Shown: piece after piece, positions 22,298 to 33,828 of the stretch
Layout: each line of letters starts with the position of its first letter
Position numbering within the stretch: position 1 is the stretch's first letter
From: an uncultured Actinomycetes bacterium
GTDB taxonomy: Bacteria > Actinomycetota > Thermoleophilia > Gaiellales > JALYLC01
Assembly: GCA_963834415.1 (NCBI GenBank)
Contig: CAWIBP010000005.1
Location: 205,734-269,733, forward strand
Direction: 5' to 3'
DNA length: 64,000 bases
Made by a program: the position numbers and the translations under genes
Notes under the pieces: model-generated
What the model was told of the DNA's origin: nothing
The model's database searches: none
Seen by the model: only the letters and a program-made list of their open reading frames with translations

Positions 22298-23257
22298 CTA
22301 GGCGCCCACGTGCTCGCGCCCGTGCGGCGCGGTCTGGTCGAAGGCCGGCCCGAGCGGCACGATGCGCGACGGGTTGAGATCGGGGAGCGTGCGGTAGTAG
22401 TGCCGCTTGATCTGGTCGAGGCTCACCGTCTCGGCGACGCCGGGCACCTGGTAGAGGTCGCGCAGATAGCCCGAAAGGTGCGGGTAGTCGGCGATGCGGC
22501 GGAGGTTGGCCTTGAAGATCCCGACGTACACCGGGTCGAAGCGGACGAGCGTCGGGAAGAGACGCCAGTCGGCCTCGGTGATCGCGCTGCCGAGCAGGTA
22601 GCGCCGCGTCGCGACCCGCTCGTCGAGTGCGTCGAGCGCGGCGAAGAGATTCGCGAAGGCGCGCTCGTAGGCCGCCTGGGTGCTGGCGAAGCCCGTTCTG
22701 TAGACGCCGTTGTTGACGTTGGCGTAGATGCTCTCGTTGAGCGCGTCGATCTCCGCGCGCAGCGGCTCGGGGACGAAGTGGGGCTCGGGGCGCTCGGCGA
22801 ACGCGTCGAACGCGCCGTCGAGCATGCGGATGATGTCGGCCGACTCGTTGTTGACGATGCGCCGGTGCTCGCGATCCCAGAGCACCGGCACCGTGATGCG
22901 GCCATCGAACTCCGGGTCGGTGAGCGCGTAGGCCTCGCTCAGGAACGTGAAGTGGTTGACCGGGTCGCCGGTCGTCCCGGGGGCGCCGGTGATGGCCCAC
23001 CCGTCCTCGCCGCGCTCGGGGTCGACGACGGTCATCGAAATCGCGTCCTCGAGCCCCTTGAGCATCCGGTAGATGATCGTGCGGTGCGCCCACGGGCAGG
23101 CGTAGGAGACGTAGAGGTGATAGCGGCCCGCCTCGGCGCGGTAGCCGGAGCTGCCGTCGGCGGTCACCCAGTCGCGGAAACGCGAGTCCTGGCGCTTGAA
23201 CGCCCCGGAGCCGGTCTCCTCGTCGGGGAACGCGGCCTTGGTGTCGGTGGATGTCAT
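22298..23257 (-). CDS. Glutathionyl-hydroquinone reductase (YqjG, omega/Xi GST)
   Basis: RYHLYVSYACPWAHR, TVPVLWD, NNESADI, NNGVYRTGFA, TEADWRLFPTLVRFD. Confidence 0.93.
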   Translation of the reverse strand: MTSTDTKAAFPDEETGSGAFKRQDSRFRDWVTADGSSGYRAEAGRYHLYVSYACPWAHRTIIYRMLKGLEDAISMTVVDPERGEDGWAITGAPGTTGDPVNHFTFLSEAYALTDPEFDGRITVPVLWDREHRRIVNNESADIIRMLDGAFDAFAERPEPHFVPEPLRAEIDALNESIYANVNNGVYRTGFASTQAAYERAFANLFAALDALDERVATRRYLLGSAITEADWRLFPTLVRFDPVYVGIFKANLRRIADYPHLSGYLRDLYQVPGVAETVSLDQIKRHYYRTLPDLNPSRIVPLGPAFDQTAPHGREHVGA

Positions 23258-23324
23258 CGCGGGCAACCTACCCGTCTGTGCGCTCGCGAGTCCCCGCTGT
23301 CCGCCGTGTAACGTCGCTTCGCCG

Positions 23325-23951
23325 ATGACGACTGCACACGATGAGGCTGCGTTGCTGGCTGCCCTGCGGGCAGGAGACGAGCGCGCGTTCGCGCGGCTCG
23401 TCGACTGCCACCACGCCGCGCTCGTCCGCGTCGCCCGCCAGTACGTGCCGACGCCGGAGCTCGCCGAGGACGTCGCCCAGGAAGCATGGCTCGGCCTGCT
23501 GCGCGGCCTCGACGGCTTCGAGGGCCGCTCGTCGCTGCGCACCTATCTCTTCCGCATCGTGATCAACCTCGCCCGCACACGGGGCGTCCGCGAGGCTCGC
23601 TCCGCCCCGTTCTCGTCGCTCGCCCGCGACGGCGAGGACGGGCCGGCGGTCGACCCCGAGCGCTTCGTGGGCGCGCCGAGCCCGGGTGCGGGCCACTGGG
23701 TCTCGCCGATCCGCCCGTGGGGCGGCAGCGCGGAGCAGGTCGCGCTCTCGGCCGAAGCGCTCGCGCAGGTGGAGCGGGCGATCGATCAGCTGCCGGAGAT
23801 GCAGCGGCGGGTCGTCACGCTGCGCGACGTCGAGGGCTTCCCGTCCGACGAGGTGGCCGCTCTGCTCGGGATCAGCGACGGCAACCAGCGCGTGCTCCTG
23901 CACCGCGCGCGCACGAAGCTGCGCGAGGCGCTCGCGGAGTACTACGCATGA
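23325..23951 (+). CDS. ECF RNA polymerase sigma factor
   Basis: AEDVAQEAW, FEGRSSLRTYLFRI, LRDVEG ... NQRVLLHRAR. Confidence 0.92.
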   Translation: MTTAHDEAALLAALRAGDERAFARLVDCHHAALVRVARQYVPTPELAEDVAQEAWLGLLRGLDGFEGRSSLRTYLFRIVINLARTRGVREARSAPFSSLARDGEDGPAVDPERFVGAPSPGAGHWVSPIRPWGGSAEQVALSAEALAQVERAIDQLPEMQRRVVTLRDVEGFPSDEVAALLGISDGNQRVLLHRARTKLREALAEYYA

Positions 23952-24202
23952 GAGCGCCCGCGCCCTTCGACCTCACCTGCCAGGAGCTGGCCGAGCTCGT
24001 CAGCGACTACCTCGAGGGTGCGCTCCCGCGCTGGGAGCGCACGCGCTTCCGGCTGCACATCACCGGCTGCCGCAGCTGCCGCCGCTACGTCGCGCAGATG
24101 CGCACGACCGTCGCCGTCACCGGGCGGATCGAGGCCGGCGAGATTCCGGCGGCCGTGCGCGACGAGCTGCTCGAGGCCTTCCGCGGCTGGAAGGCCGGGT
24201 AG
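23948..24202 (+). CDS. Zinc-finger (zf-HC2) anti-sigma factor
   Basis: LTCQELAELVSDYLEG ... HITGCRSC (HxxxCxxC); coupled to the sigma gene. Confidence 0.9.
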   Translation: MRAPAPFDLTCQELAELVSDYLEGALPRWERTRFRLHITGCRSCRRYVAQMRTTVAVTGRIEAGEIPAAVRDELLEAFRGWKAG

Positions 24203-24212
24203 GCGCTCGCCT

Positions 24213-24917
24213 TCAACGCCCGAGGTAGGCCTTGCGCAGCCCTTCGTCGTCGAGCAGGTCGCCGGCTTTGCCCTCGAGCACGAGGCGGCCGGTCGAGAGC
24301 ACGTAGCCGCGATCGGCGATCGAGAGCGAGACGTTGGCGTTCTGCTCCACCACGAGGACCGCGACGCCCGACTCGTGCACCTGCTTGATGATCTCGAAGC
24401 TGCGCTCGACGAGGATCGGCGCGAGGCCCATCGAGGGCTCGTCCATGAGCATCAGCTTGGGACGCGACATCAGCGCGCGGGCCATCGCGACCATCTGCTG
24501 CTCGCCGCCCGAGAGCGTGCCCGCGAGCTGCCCGCGGCGCTCGTACACGAGCGGGAAGAGCGAGTAGACCCGCTCGTAGTCCTCCTTGGTGCCGCCGTTG
24601 TGGAGGTAGGCGCCGAGCTCGAGGTTCTCCTGCACCGTCATCGGCCCGAACAGCCGCCGGTTCTCCGGGACGATCGCCATGCCGCGGCTGATGCGGTGGC
24701 TCGTCGAGCGCGTCGTCACGTCCTCGCCGGCGAGCGTGATCGTGCCGGTGCGGGAGCGCACGATGCCGAGGATCGTCTTCAGCGTCGTCGACTTGCCGGA
24801 GGCGTTGCCGCCGAGCAGGCACACGAGCTCGCCCTCGTTGACCTCGAGGTTCAGGTCCTGGAGGATGTGGATCTGCCCGTAGTAGGTGTTGATGCCTTCG
24901 AGCTTGAGCAAGCTCAT
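24213..24917 (-). CDS. livF: Branched-chain amino acid ABC transporter ATPase (LivF-like)
   Basis: GGNASGKST, LSGGEQQM, MDEPSMGL, VEQN. Confidence 0.9.
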   Translation of the reverse strand: MSLLKLEGINTYYGQIHILQDLNLEVNEGELVCLLGGNASGKSTTLKTILGIVRSRTGTITLAGEDVTTRSTSHRISRGMAIVPENRRLFGPMTVQENLELGAYLHNGGTKEDYERVYSLFPLVYERRGQLAGTLSGGEQQMVAMARALMSRPKLMLMDEPSMGLAPILVERSFEIIKQVHESGVAVLVVEQNANVSLSIADRGYVLSTGRLVLEGKAGDLLDDEGLRKAYLGR

Positions 24918-25705
24918 TTGGTCGCCGCCGCCTTCGTGCCGAGGTAGGCCTCGACGACCCGCGGGTCGGTTGCGACCTGCACGAACGTGCCCTCGACGAT
25001 CTTGACGCCGTGGTCGAGCGCGATCACGCGGTCGGAGATGCCCTCGACGACGTGCATGTCGTGCTCGATCACGAGGATCGTGTACCCGGCCTCGCTGCGC
25101 AGCCGCGCGATCAGCTCGGTGATCTCGTGGGTCTCGACGGGGTTCATGCCGGCGGCAGGCTCGTCGAGCAGCAGGATCTTGGGTCCGGTCGCCATCGCGC
25201 GGGCGATCTCGAGCCGACGGCGGTTGGCGTACGAGAGGCTGTAGGCGGGCTGATCCCAGCGGTAGCCCTTGAGCCGCTCGCCGAAGAACGAGAGGTTCTC
25301 CTCGGCGATCCTGCGGATCTCGGCCTCCTCGGCGCGCATTCCCGGCGTGCGCAGCATCGAGCGCAGCACTCCGGCCTTGGTGCGCCCGTAGGCGGCGGCC
25401 ATGACGTTCTCGCGCACCGACATGTTGAGGAACAGCCGCAGCGTCTGGAACGTGCGCGCGACGCCGAGGCGCGAGATCTGGTGCGGCTCGAGACCGAGGA
25501 TGCTCTTCCCGTCGAAGACGATGTCGCCGTCGTCGGGCTGGTAGATGCCGGTGATCAGGTTGAAGAGCGTCGTCTTGCCCGCGCCGTTCGGGCCGATCAC
25601 GCTCACGATCTCGCCCTGGTCGACGTGCAGCTCGAGCCCCGAGACGACCTTCAGCCCGCCGAACGCGAGCGAGACGCCGCGCAGATGCAGCAGGGGCTCC
25701 GTCAT
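24914..25705 (-). CDS. livG: Branched-chain amino acid ABC transporter ATPase (LivG-like)
   Basis: GPNGAGKTT, ARTFQ, LSYANRRRLEIAR, LDEPAAG, IEHDM. Confidence 0.9.
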   Translation of the reverse strand: MTEPLLHLRGVSLAFGGLKVVSGLELHVDQGEIVSVIGPNGAGKTTLFNLITGIYQPDDGDIVFDGKSILGLEPHQISRLGVARTFQTLRLFLNMSVRENVMAAAYGRTKAGVLRSMLRTPGMRAEEAEIRRIAEENLSFFGERLKGYRWDQPAYSLSYANRRRLEIARAMATGPKILLLDEPAAGMNPVETHEITELIARLRSEAGYTILVIEHDMHVVEGISDRVIALDHGVKIVEGTFVQVATDPRVVEAYLGTKAAATK

Positions 25706-27171
25706 CAGATGATCTCCATGCGGCGCTCGCCGAAGAGCCCGTTCGGCCGCAGCACCATGAGCACGATCAGCATCATGCCGAGCACGATGTAGCGCGTCGC
25801 GTCCGGCTGCGCGAGCAGGACGTTCTCCCACACGAACGCGGCCAGGTAGAGCGTCGGGATCAGGAGGATCGTGCGCGCCCAGCCGTGCAGCAGGGTGAGC
25901 CCGAGCGCGATCACGATCAGCGTCATGTAGCTGACCGGCCCGAGCCAGTTGACCATCTGCTCGGGCACGATCACCCAGTTCGAGACCAGCGAGCTGAGCC
26001 CGCTCTCCCGGGTGCCGCCGGTCCAGCCGCCATCGATCGCCGTCGCGACGATGTGCGCGACGAAGCCGAAGACGATGGTGCCGCCGAGCACGACCGCGAG
26101 CTTGCGCGAGCGGCCGAAGACCAAGATCAGCGCCGCGAGCACGAAGGCGTAGAGCAGCGGGCGGGCGTCGCTCGCGTCGCGCAGCAGCTCGAGCAGCACG
26201 CTGACCAGCACGGCGCCGACCGTGACGCCCGCGAGGTTTCCCTGACCGCCGAGGATGACCATCGTGTAGACGGTGATCAGCAGCGGGAACGAGAACGTCA
26301 GCGGGAACGTGCTGGCGTTGAGGGCCGAGAAGAGCGTGCCGCTGAGCGCCGCGACGGCCGCGCCGAAGCTGAACGCGAGCAGCTTGAGCAGGTTGACCGG
26401 CATGCCCATGGCCTCGGCGGCGAGCGAGTCCTCGCGCAGCGAGCGCCAGGCCCGGCCCGTGCGCGAGTGGTTGACGAAGTGCAGCGCGGCGTAGACGACC
26501 GCGAACACCGCGAGCCCGACGTAGAGGTAGCCGACCGCGAACGCGCCGTCGTGCTGCACCTCGAGCGTCTGCCCGACCAGATGCAGCGGATCGATGTTGA
26601 GGATGCCGTTCGCGCCGCCGGTGATGTCGTGGCCGAAGAGCTGGTCGCCGTTCGTCGCCACGGTCAGGAACAGCTGCAGGAAGAACAGCGTGACGATCGC
26701 GAGGTAGTCGCCGACGAGGCGCCGCGAGGGCAGCCCGACGAGGAAGCCCGCGACCGCGCCGATCACGACGACCAGCGGAATCGAGATGAACGTCGGCAGG
26801 TGCACGCCGAGCTTGTCCGAGCTGAGCAGCGCGTACGAGTACGCACCGATCCCGTAGAACGCGACGTAGCCCAGATCGAGCAGGCCGCCCCAGCCGACGA
26901 CGACGTTGAGCCCGAGCGCGAGCAGCATGTAGAGCACGGTGTCGAACGCGACGCGCTGGATGTAGCTGCTGCTCGAGACGGCGGGCAGCAGCGCGATCAA
27001 GCCGACGAAGAGCACGAGCCAGCCCCACCAGGGCACGCGCAGGAAGCGCTCCTCGAGCTCGCCCTTCCACCCGCTGCGCCGCGAGCGCCGCTCGCCGTGG
27101 CGCGCGACCCACTCGTCCTTGCCGATCGCGGGCCCCGAGGGCCCCTCATCGGGTCGCGTCGGCTCGCTCAT
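25705..27171 (-). CDS. livM: ABC transporter permease (LivM-like, extended)
   Basis: GLNVVVGWGGLLDLGY, GDYLAIVTL, LRPNGL; about 488 aa with extra transmembrane segments. Confidence 0.88.
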   Translation of the reverse strand: MSEPTRPDEGPSGPAIGKDEWVARHGERRSRRSGWKGELEERFLRVPWWGWLVLFVGLIALLPAVSSSSYIQRVAFDTVLYMLLALGLNVVVGWGGLLDLGYVAFYGIGAYSYALLSSDKLGVHLPTFISIPLVVVIGAVAGFLVGLPSRRLVGDYLAIVTLFFLQLFLTVATNGDQLFGHDITGGANGILNIDPLHLVGQTLEVQHDGAFAVGYLYVGLAVFAVVYAALHFVNHSRTGRAWRSLREDSLAAEAMGMPVNLLKLLAFSFGAAVAALSGTLFSALNASTFPLTFSFPLLITVYTMVILGGQGNLAGVTVGAVLVSVLLELLRDASDARPLLYAFVLAALILVFGRSRKLAVVLGGTIVFGFVAHIVATAIDGGWTGGTRESGLSSLVSNWVIVPEQMVNWLGPVSYMTLIVIALGLTLLHGWARTILLIPTLYLAAFVWENVLLAQPDATRYIVLGMMLIVLMVLRPNGLFGERRMEII

Positions 27172-28097
27172 ACCTTCTTGATCCCCGCCTGGCCGAGCAG
27201 CCCGCTCGGACGGAAGAGCATGAAGCCGATGAGCAGCGAGAAGATCACGAGATCGGACCAGCGCGTCGTCCAGTAGCCCGCGGTGTAGGCCTCGGCGAAG
27301 CCGAGGATGAGGCCGCCGGCCATCGCCCCCGGGATCGAGCCGATGCCGCCGATCACGGCCGCCGTAAAGCCCTTGAGGCCGATGATGAAGCCGATCGAGG
27401 CCGCGGTGGGCACGCGCAGGGCGAACATCACGCCGGCTGCACCGGCGAGCGCCGATCCGATCACGAACGTGAAGACGATGACCTTGTCGATGTTGATGCC
27501 CATCATCGCCGCGGCCTCGCGATCGAACGAGGTGGCGCGCATCGCCTTGCCCGTGCGCGTGCGCGTGACGAGCATCCAGAGCACGATCATCAGCGCGAAG
27601 GCCGCGAGGATCGTGATGATCCGGATCAGCGGCACGTGCACGTTGCCGATGTCGAAACCGTCGGTGTAGAGCGAGCCGTTGTCCAGGTCGAAGAGGCCGT
27701 AGTCGTACTGCTGCGCGCCGAACATCAGCTGGAACGAGCTCGCGAGCACGAAGCTCACGCCGAGCGCGCTGATCAGCGGGGCGATGCGTGGCGCCTCGCG
27801 CAGCGGCCGGTAGGCGAAGCGCTCGATCGCGACGCCGAGGATCGCGCAGCCCGCCATCGACCCGAGCAGCATCAGCGTGATCAAAAGCCACACCGGGACG
27901 GCCGGGTCGCTCGTCCCGCCGAGCACCTTGAGGACGCCGAAGCCGATGAACGAGCCGACCATGAAGACGTCGCCGTGGGCGAAGTTGAGGAGCTTGAGGA
28001 CGCCGTAGACGAGCGTGTACCCGAGGGCGATGAGGGCGTACGTGCTGCCCGCGGTCAGCCCGTTGAGGGTCAGCTGAGTGAAGGTGTCCCAGTCCAT
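27168..28097 (-). CDS. livH: ABC transporter permease (LivH-like)
   Basis: YALIALGYTLVYG, NFAHGD, AAVIGGIGS. Confidence 0.92.
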   Translation of the reverse strand: MDWDTFTQLTLNGLTAGSTYALIALGYTLVYGVLKLLNFAHGDVFMVGSFIGFGVLKVLGGTSDPAVPVWLLITLMLLGSMAGCAILGVAIERFAYRPLREAPRIAPLISALGVSFVLASSFQLMFGAQQYDYGLFDLDNGSLYTDGFDIGNVHVPLIRIITILAAFALMIVLWMLVTRTRTGKAMRATSFDREAAAMMGINIDKVIVFTFVIGSALAGAAGVMFALRVPTAASIGFIIGLKGFTAAVIGGIGSIPGAMAGGLILGFAEAYTAGYWTTRWSDLVIFSLLIGFMLFRPSGLLGQAGIKKV

Positions 28098-28164
28098 GGC
28101 AGCGCGGCGAGTTTAGCCTGATTCCGGCACTGGCGCGTGTCGGGCGAAATCAGGCCCGAACGCA

Positions 28165-28199
28165 CGAGGGCGGCCCGGTATGAGACCGGACCGCCCTCG
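28165..28199 (-). terminator. Stem-loop between substrate-binding and permease genes
   Basis: cgagggcggcccggt-atgag-accggaccgccctcg, 15-bp stem with one mismatch. Confidence 0.65.
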
Positions 28200-28220
28200 C
28201 GTCGCGCACGTATCGGGGAG

Positions 28221-29417
28221 CTAGTTGACGACCTTGTACGAGCCGTCGGACTGGATCTCCATGATGTAGAACTTCTCGGTGTTCGGGTCGTTGGTGTTGA
28301 CCTTCGACCAGGCGAACTTGCCGCCCAGGATCCAGCCCTTGTCGACCTTCACCTTGCGGACGTGCGAGATCACCGCGGCGCGCTTGGCGAGCGAGCCCTT
28401 GCCCTTGTCGCAGGCCGACTTGATGGCCAGCAGCATCACCTGCACGGCGCCGTAGGTCGGCGGGCCGAACGAGCCGACGGTCTTGCCGCGGTTGTCCTTC
28501 TTCCACGCGGCGATCAGCGCCTTGTCGGCGGCGATGCTCGTGATCTGCGGGGCGAAGTTCGAGACCAGCGAGCCGGCCTTCTTGAACGCCGAGGGGTCGT
28601 TCACGCCGTCGCCGCCGAAGACCTTGGCCTTCTTGCCCTGCTCGGCGAGCTGGCTGGCGAGCGTCTGCGCGTCGCCCGGCTTCTGCGAGGGGAAGAACAC
28701 GACGTCGGCGTCGCTCGGCACCTTGGTGACGTACGACGAGAAGTCGGTCACGGTGTTCGCGACGGACTGGCGCGAGACGGTCACGTTGGCGGCCTTGAGC
28801 GCCTTCTCGACCTCACCCGCGAGGCCCTGGGAGTAGGGCTCCTGGAAGTCGAAGACCACGACGTTCTTGACCTTCATGACGTCGATCATGTACTTCGCAT
28901 CCGTCGGACCCTGGAAGTCGTCGGCGGGGATCACGCGGAAGAAGGCCTTGGTGGCCTCCTGGTTGTCGCCCTTGGTCAGCGTCGTGCGCGTCGCGGACGA
29001 CGAGATCTGCACGAGGCCGGCCTGCTGGAACGCCTTGCTCGTCGCGGCGACCGAGCCGGAGGTCGAGCCGCCGATGATGCCGACCATGCTCTTGTTGGCG
29101 ATGAACTTCTGCGCCACCGTCTGTGCGGCGGACGGGCCCTGCTCGGCCGGTGCATCACCGGGGACGAGCTTGACCTTCAGGCCCAGCGTCTTGGGCAGCG
29201 TCTTGACCGCGAGCTTGGCCCACGAGAGCTGCTCCTGGCCGATGAACCCGGCGCCGCCCGTGAGCGGTGCGAGCATGCCGATCGAGAGCGTGCCCTTGCA
29301 ACTGATTGCGCTCGCGCGCTGGGACGAGGCGCTGGCCGGCGCTGCCGACACGGTCGCTGCCAGGGCAGTGGCCGTGGCGACCGCTGCGAGCAGCGGGAAC
29401 GTCTTGGCTTTCTTCAT
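28221..29417 (-). CDS. Liv-type ABC transporter substrate-binding protein
   Basis: Signal peptide MKKAK..., IGMLAPLTG, periplasmic binding protein type 1 pattern; aaggag RBS. Confidence 0.9.
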   Translation of the reverse strand: MKKAKTFPLLAAVATATALAATVSAAPASASSQRASAISCKGTLSIGMLAPLTGGAGFIGQEQLSWAKLAVKTLPKTLGLKVKLVPGDAPAEQGPSAAQTVAQKFIANKSMVGIIGGSTSGSVAATSKAFQQAGLVQISSSATRTTLTKGDNQEATKAFFRVIPADDFQGPTDAKYMIDVMKVKNVVVFDFQEPYSQGLAGEVEKALKAANVTVSRQSVANTVTDFSSYVTKVPSDADVVFFPSQKPGDAQTLASQLAEQGKKAKVFGGDGVNDPSAFKKAGSLVSNFAPQITSIAADKALIAAWKKDNRGKTVGSFGPPTYGAVQVMLLAIKSACDKGKGSLAKRAAVISHVRKVKVDKGWILGGKFAWSKVNTNDPNTEKFYIMEIQSDGSYKVVN

Positions 29418-29516
29418 GTACGACTCCTTCTGGTTGGAACGGGGCTTACGAAGCCTCAGGCGAATAGGACGGGACAGCAGCACGATTTGTTGGCGCCGCG
29501 GCTCCCGCGAGGGTGC

Positions 29517-29924
29517 TCAGGAAGGGGTGAGTGCATCCACCCAGCTGCGCGTGTCGGTGAACTGGTGAAAGCGCACGGCCTTGCCGTCCGCGAACCTCCA
29601 GACGTGGGCGAACGGCACGTCGAGCGGCTTGCCCGTCGCCTTGGAGCTGCCGCTGTAGCGACCGAGCGCGACGACGTGGTCGTCACCGCCGAGCAGCTCG
29701 GACGGCAACGCGTCGAAATCGTCCCACCACGACTCGCCGATCGGGTCGAAGATCGCGGCACGCACGGCGGGGAGGCCGTGGTAGACGCCGCCGTGCTCGA
29801 GGCCCTGGGCCTGGTGCCAGACGATCGACTCGTCCATCATGGCCAGCGCGCCGTCGAGATCGCCGCGGGAGAAGGCCTCGTAGGACGTGCGGACCGCGGC
29901 GAGATTCTGTGCGTGCGCGGACAA
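29517..29924 (-). CDS. SnoaL/NTF2-like (ketosteroid isomerase-like) protein
   Basis: YEAFSRGD, GGVYHG, FAHVW...DGKAVRFHQFTDT; TTG start lies 8 nt after TACAAT. Confidence 0.85.
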   Translation of the reverse strand: MSAHAQNLAAVRTSYEAFSRGDLDGALAMMDESIVWHQAQGLEHGGVYHGLPAVRAAIFDPIGESWWDDFDALPSELLGGDDHVVALGRYSGSSKATGKPLDVPFAHVWRFADGKAVRFHQFTDTRSWVDALTPS

Positions 29925-29984
29925 GGTCGCCGATTGTACGGGCCTCGTGATCAACTATCAACACGCGCGGCGCGGTGCCCGTCG

Positions 29985-30285
29985 CGACACCCCAGATGGC
30001 CGCCGAACCGCTTGCGCATGGCCGAGGACAGCTTGTCGGCGAGTCGGCGTGCTCGCGCAGCCCGGCGTCGGCCCTGCTTGTGCACCGCAAGGCCCTCGGC
30101 GTTCGCGACGAAGTGCCCCGCGCCGTGACCGCCGCAGTGGAGGTAGCGGGGCTCGCCGGCCCGCTGCGCCCGGGCGTGCGCTCGGCGGCCTCGACGCCCG
30201 GCGCGAGCGAGCGGAAGATGGGCCGAGCTGCGCCACCACCGGGGCCTCGCCGCCGATCATGAGGTAGCCGCACGAAGTCCCCGGT
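29985..30285 (-). pseudogene. gnd: Internally deleted relic of 6-phosphogluconate dehydrogenase (short YqeC-type gnd)
   Basis: Fragments GY.LMIGGE.PVV, PIFRSLAPGVEAAERTPGR and YLHCG..GAGHFV, followed closely by the C-terminal ADKLSSAMRKRFGGH. Confidence 0.72.
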
Positions 30286-30358
30286 GCGACACCTCGCGGC
30301 AGCGGAGCTTCTAACGTGCGGTGTGATCGCGTCCCCGACGCGAGGCTGAGGAGCAGAT

Positions 30359-31119
30359 GTGAAGATGATCGGCATCGACGTGGGCGGGTCCGGCATCAAG
30401 GCCGCCATCGTCGAGACCGCGACCGGCGAGCTCATGACTCCGCGCATCCGCGTGGAGACGCCGCAGCCCGCGACGCCGAAGGCGGTCGCGAAGGCGACGG
30501 CGAAGCTGATCGCCGATCTGCCGCCCGAGCTCCCCGCGGGCATCGGCTTCCCCGCCGTGATCCTGGGCGGCGTCGCGAAGTCGGCTGCCAACATCGACTC
30601 CGCGTGGATCGGCACGGCGGCCGACAGGCTCTTCGCCGAGGCGCTCGGCCGTCCGCTGATCGTCGGCAACGACGCCGATGCGGCGGGCCTCGCGGAGATG
30701 CGCTTCGGCGCCGGCCGCGATGAGCGCGGCACCGTGTTGATGCTGACGCTCGGCACGGGCATCGGCTCGGCGCTCTTCCGCGATGGCGTGCTCGTCCCGA
30801 ACACCGAGCTCGGGCACCTGCAGGTGCGCGGCAAGGACGCCGAGCACCGCGCCGCTGCCTCGGTCAAGGAGCGCAAGGACCTCAGCTGGCACGACTGGGC
30901 CAAGCTTTTGTCGGAGTACATCGAGGTCATCGACGGGCTGCTCTGGCCCGATCTCCTGATCCTCGGCGGTGGCATCAGCAAGGATGCCGACCACTTCATC
31001 CACGAGCTGCCGGAGCGCGTGCGCTGCGTGCCCGCCGCGCTGCTGAACCGCGCGGGCATCGTCGGCGCCGCCATGCTCGCCGCCGAGGCCGTGCACCTGA
31101 CGGATCCGGGCGTGCCTGC

Positions 31120-31123
<4 letters not shown>
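30359..31123 (+). CDS. ppgK: Polyphosphate/ATP glucokinase (ROK family)
   Basis: GIDVGGSGIK, TPQPATP, NDADAAGLAE, TLGTGIGSA, PNTELGH. Confidence 0.93.
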
Positions 31124-32941
<1,818 letters not shown>

Positions 32942-33301
32942 TCAGAGCGTCGCGGCGACGGCCCAGCCGAGCGCCACTGCGCCGAGGCCGAGCACCAGGC
33001 TGATCGCCACGTTGGCGAGCGCGAGGCCCCGCCGGCCCTCCCCGGCCAGGCGCTCGCTCTCGAGCATCCAGGTCGAGAAGGTCGTGAACGAGCCGAGGAA
33101 GGCCGTGCTCGCGAGCAGCGCCGCGTCGCCCGTCACGCCGGCCCCGTGGAGGACGCCGAGCGCGAGCGAGCCGAGCAGGTTGACCGCGAGCGTCCCGTAC
33201 GGGAACGCGCTCGCGCTGTGCCGCTGCATCGCCCCGTGGAGCGCGAAGCGGGCGAGGGCCCCGAGGCCGCTCAGGCCGGCGACGCCGAGCCAGATGGTCA
33301 T
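32942..33301 (-). CDS. crcB: Fluoride channel FluC/CrcB, copy 2
   Basis: [28 protein letters not shown]. Confidence 0.92.
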   Translation of the reverse strand: MTIWLGVAGLSGLGALARFALHGAMQRHSASAFPYGTLAVNLLGSLALGVLHGAGVTGDAALLASTAFLGSFTTFSTWMLESERLAGEGRRGLALANVAISLVLGLGAVALGWAVAATL

Positions 33302-33657
33302 GCGACCGGACGCGCAAGCGCGCTCACGGCCCAGGCGATCAGGAGTCCGGCGCCGATGCTGCCGAGTGCGTAGGCGGCGCCGAGCGCCGCGTGGCCGCCG
33401 TCGGCCAGCTGGAGCGCCTCGAGCTGCAGCGTCGAGAACGTCGTCAGCGCACCGCAGAAGCCGATGCCGACGAGCGGGCGCGCGAGCGGCCGCTCGCCGT
33501 GGCGGGTGACGACGTAGGCGAGTACGGCCGTCCCGGCGACGTTGACGGCGAACGTCACCCACGGCCAGCCGGTGCCGTCGGCCGGCGAGGCGCGCTCGAG
33601 GCCGGCGCGCGCCAGCCCGCCGGCCGCGCCGCCGAGCAGGATCGCCAGGAGGCGCAT
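33298..33657 (-). CDS. crcB: Fluoride channel FluC/CrcB, copy 1
   Basis: [32 protein letters not shown]. Confidence 0.92.
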   Translation of the reverse strand: MRLLAILLGGAAGGLARAGLERASPADGTGWPWVTFAVNVAGTAVLAYVVTRHGERPLARPLVGIGFCGALTTFSTLQLEALQLADGGHAALGAAYALGSIGAGLLIAWAVSALARPVA

Positions 33658-33828
33658 GGCGTCAGCGCGGCGCATGCGGAACGTGACGGATGTGTGATTT
33701 GCCTGCAAATGCGGCGTGACCGGTGAGAAATGCAGCCTTACGGAAAGATGACCTTCAGGCGTGGGTTCTGCTTGCAACTGCGCGCAACCGTATGGGAGCA
33801 CCGTCCCGTCGAGTCCTCGGAGGTTCCC

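Noticed and set aside
23307-23333. TGTAAC-N16-CGACT as an ECF autoregulatory promoter
   Set aside because: The -10 element would fall inside the predicted sigma coding start, so it is not supportable without TSS data.
33658-33730. Possible fluoride riboswitch upstream of the crcB pair
   Set aside because: Only a weak gcgctgacg resemblance to the 3' part; the 5' GGnGATGG..TC.CC element is not visible. An Rfam scan would settle it.
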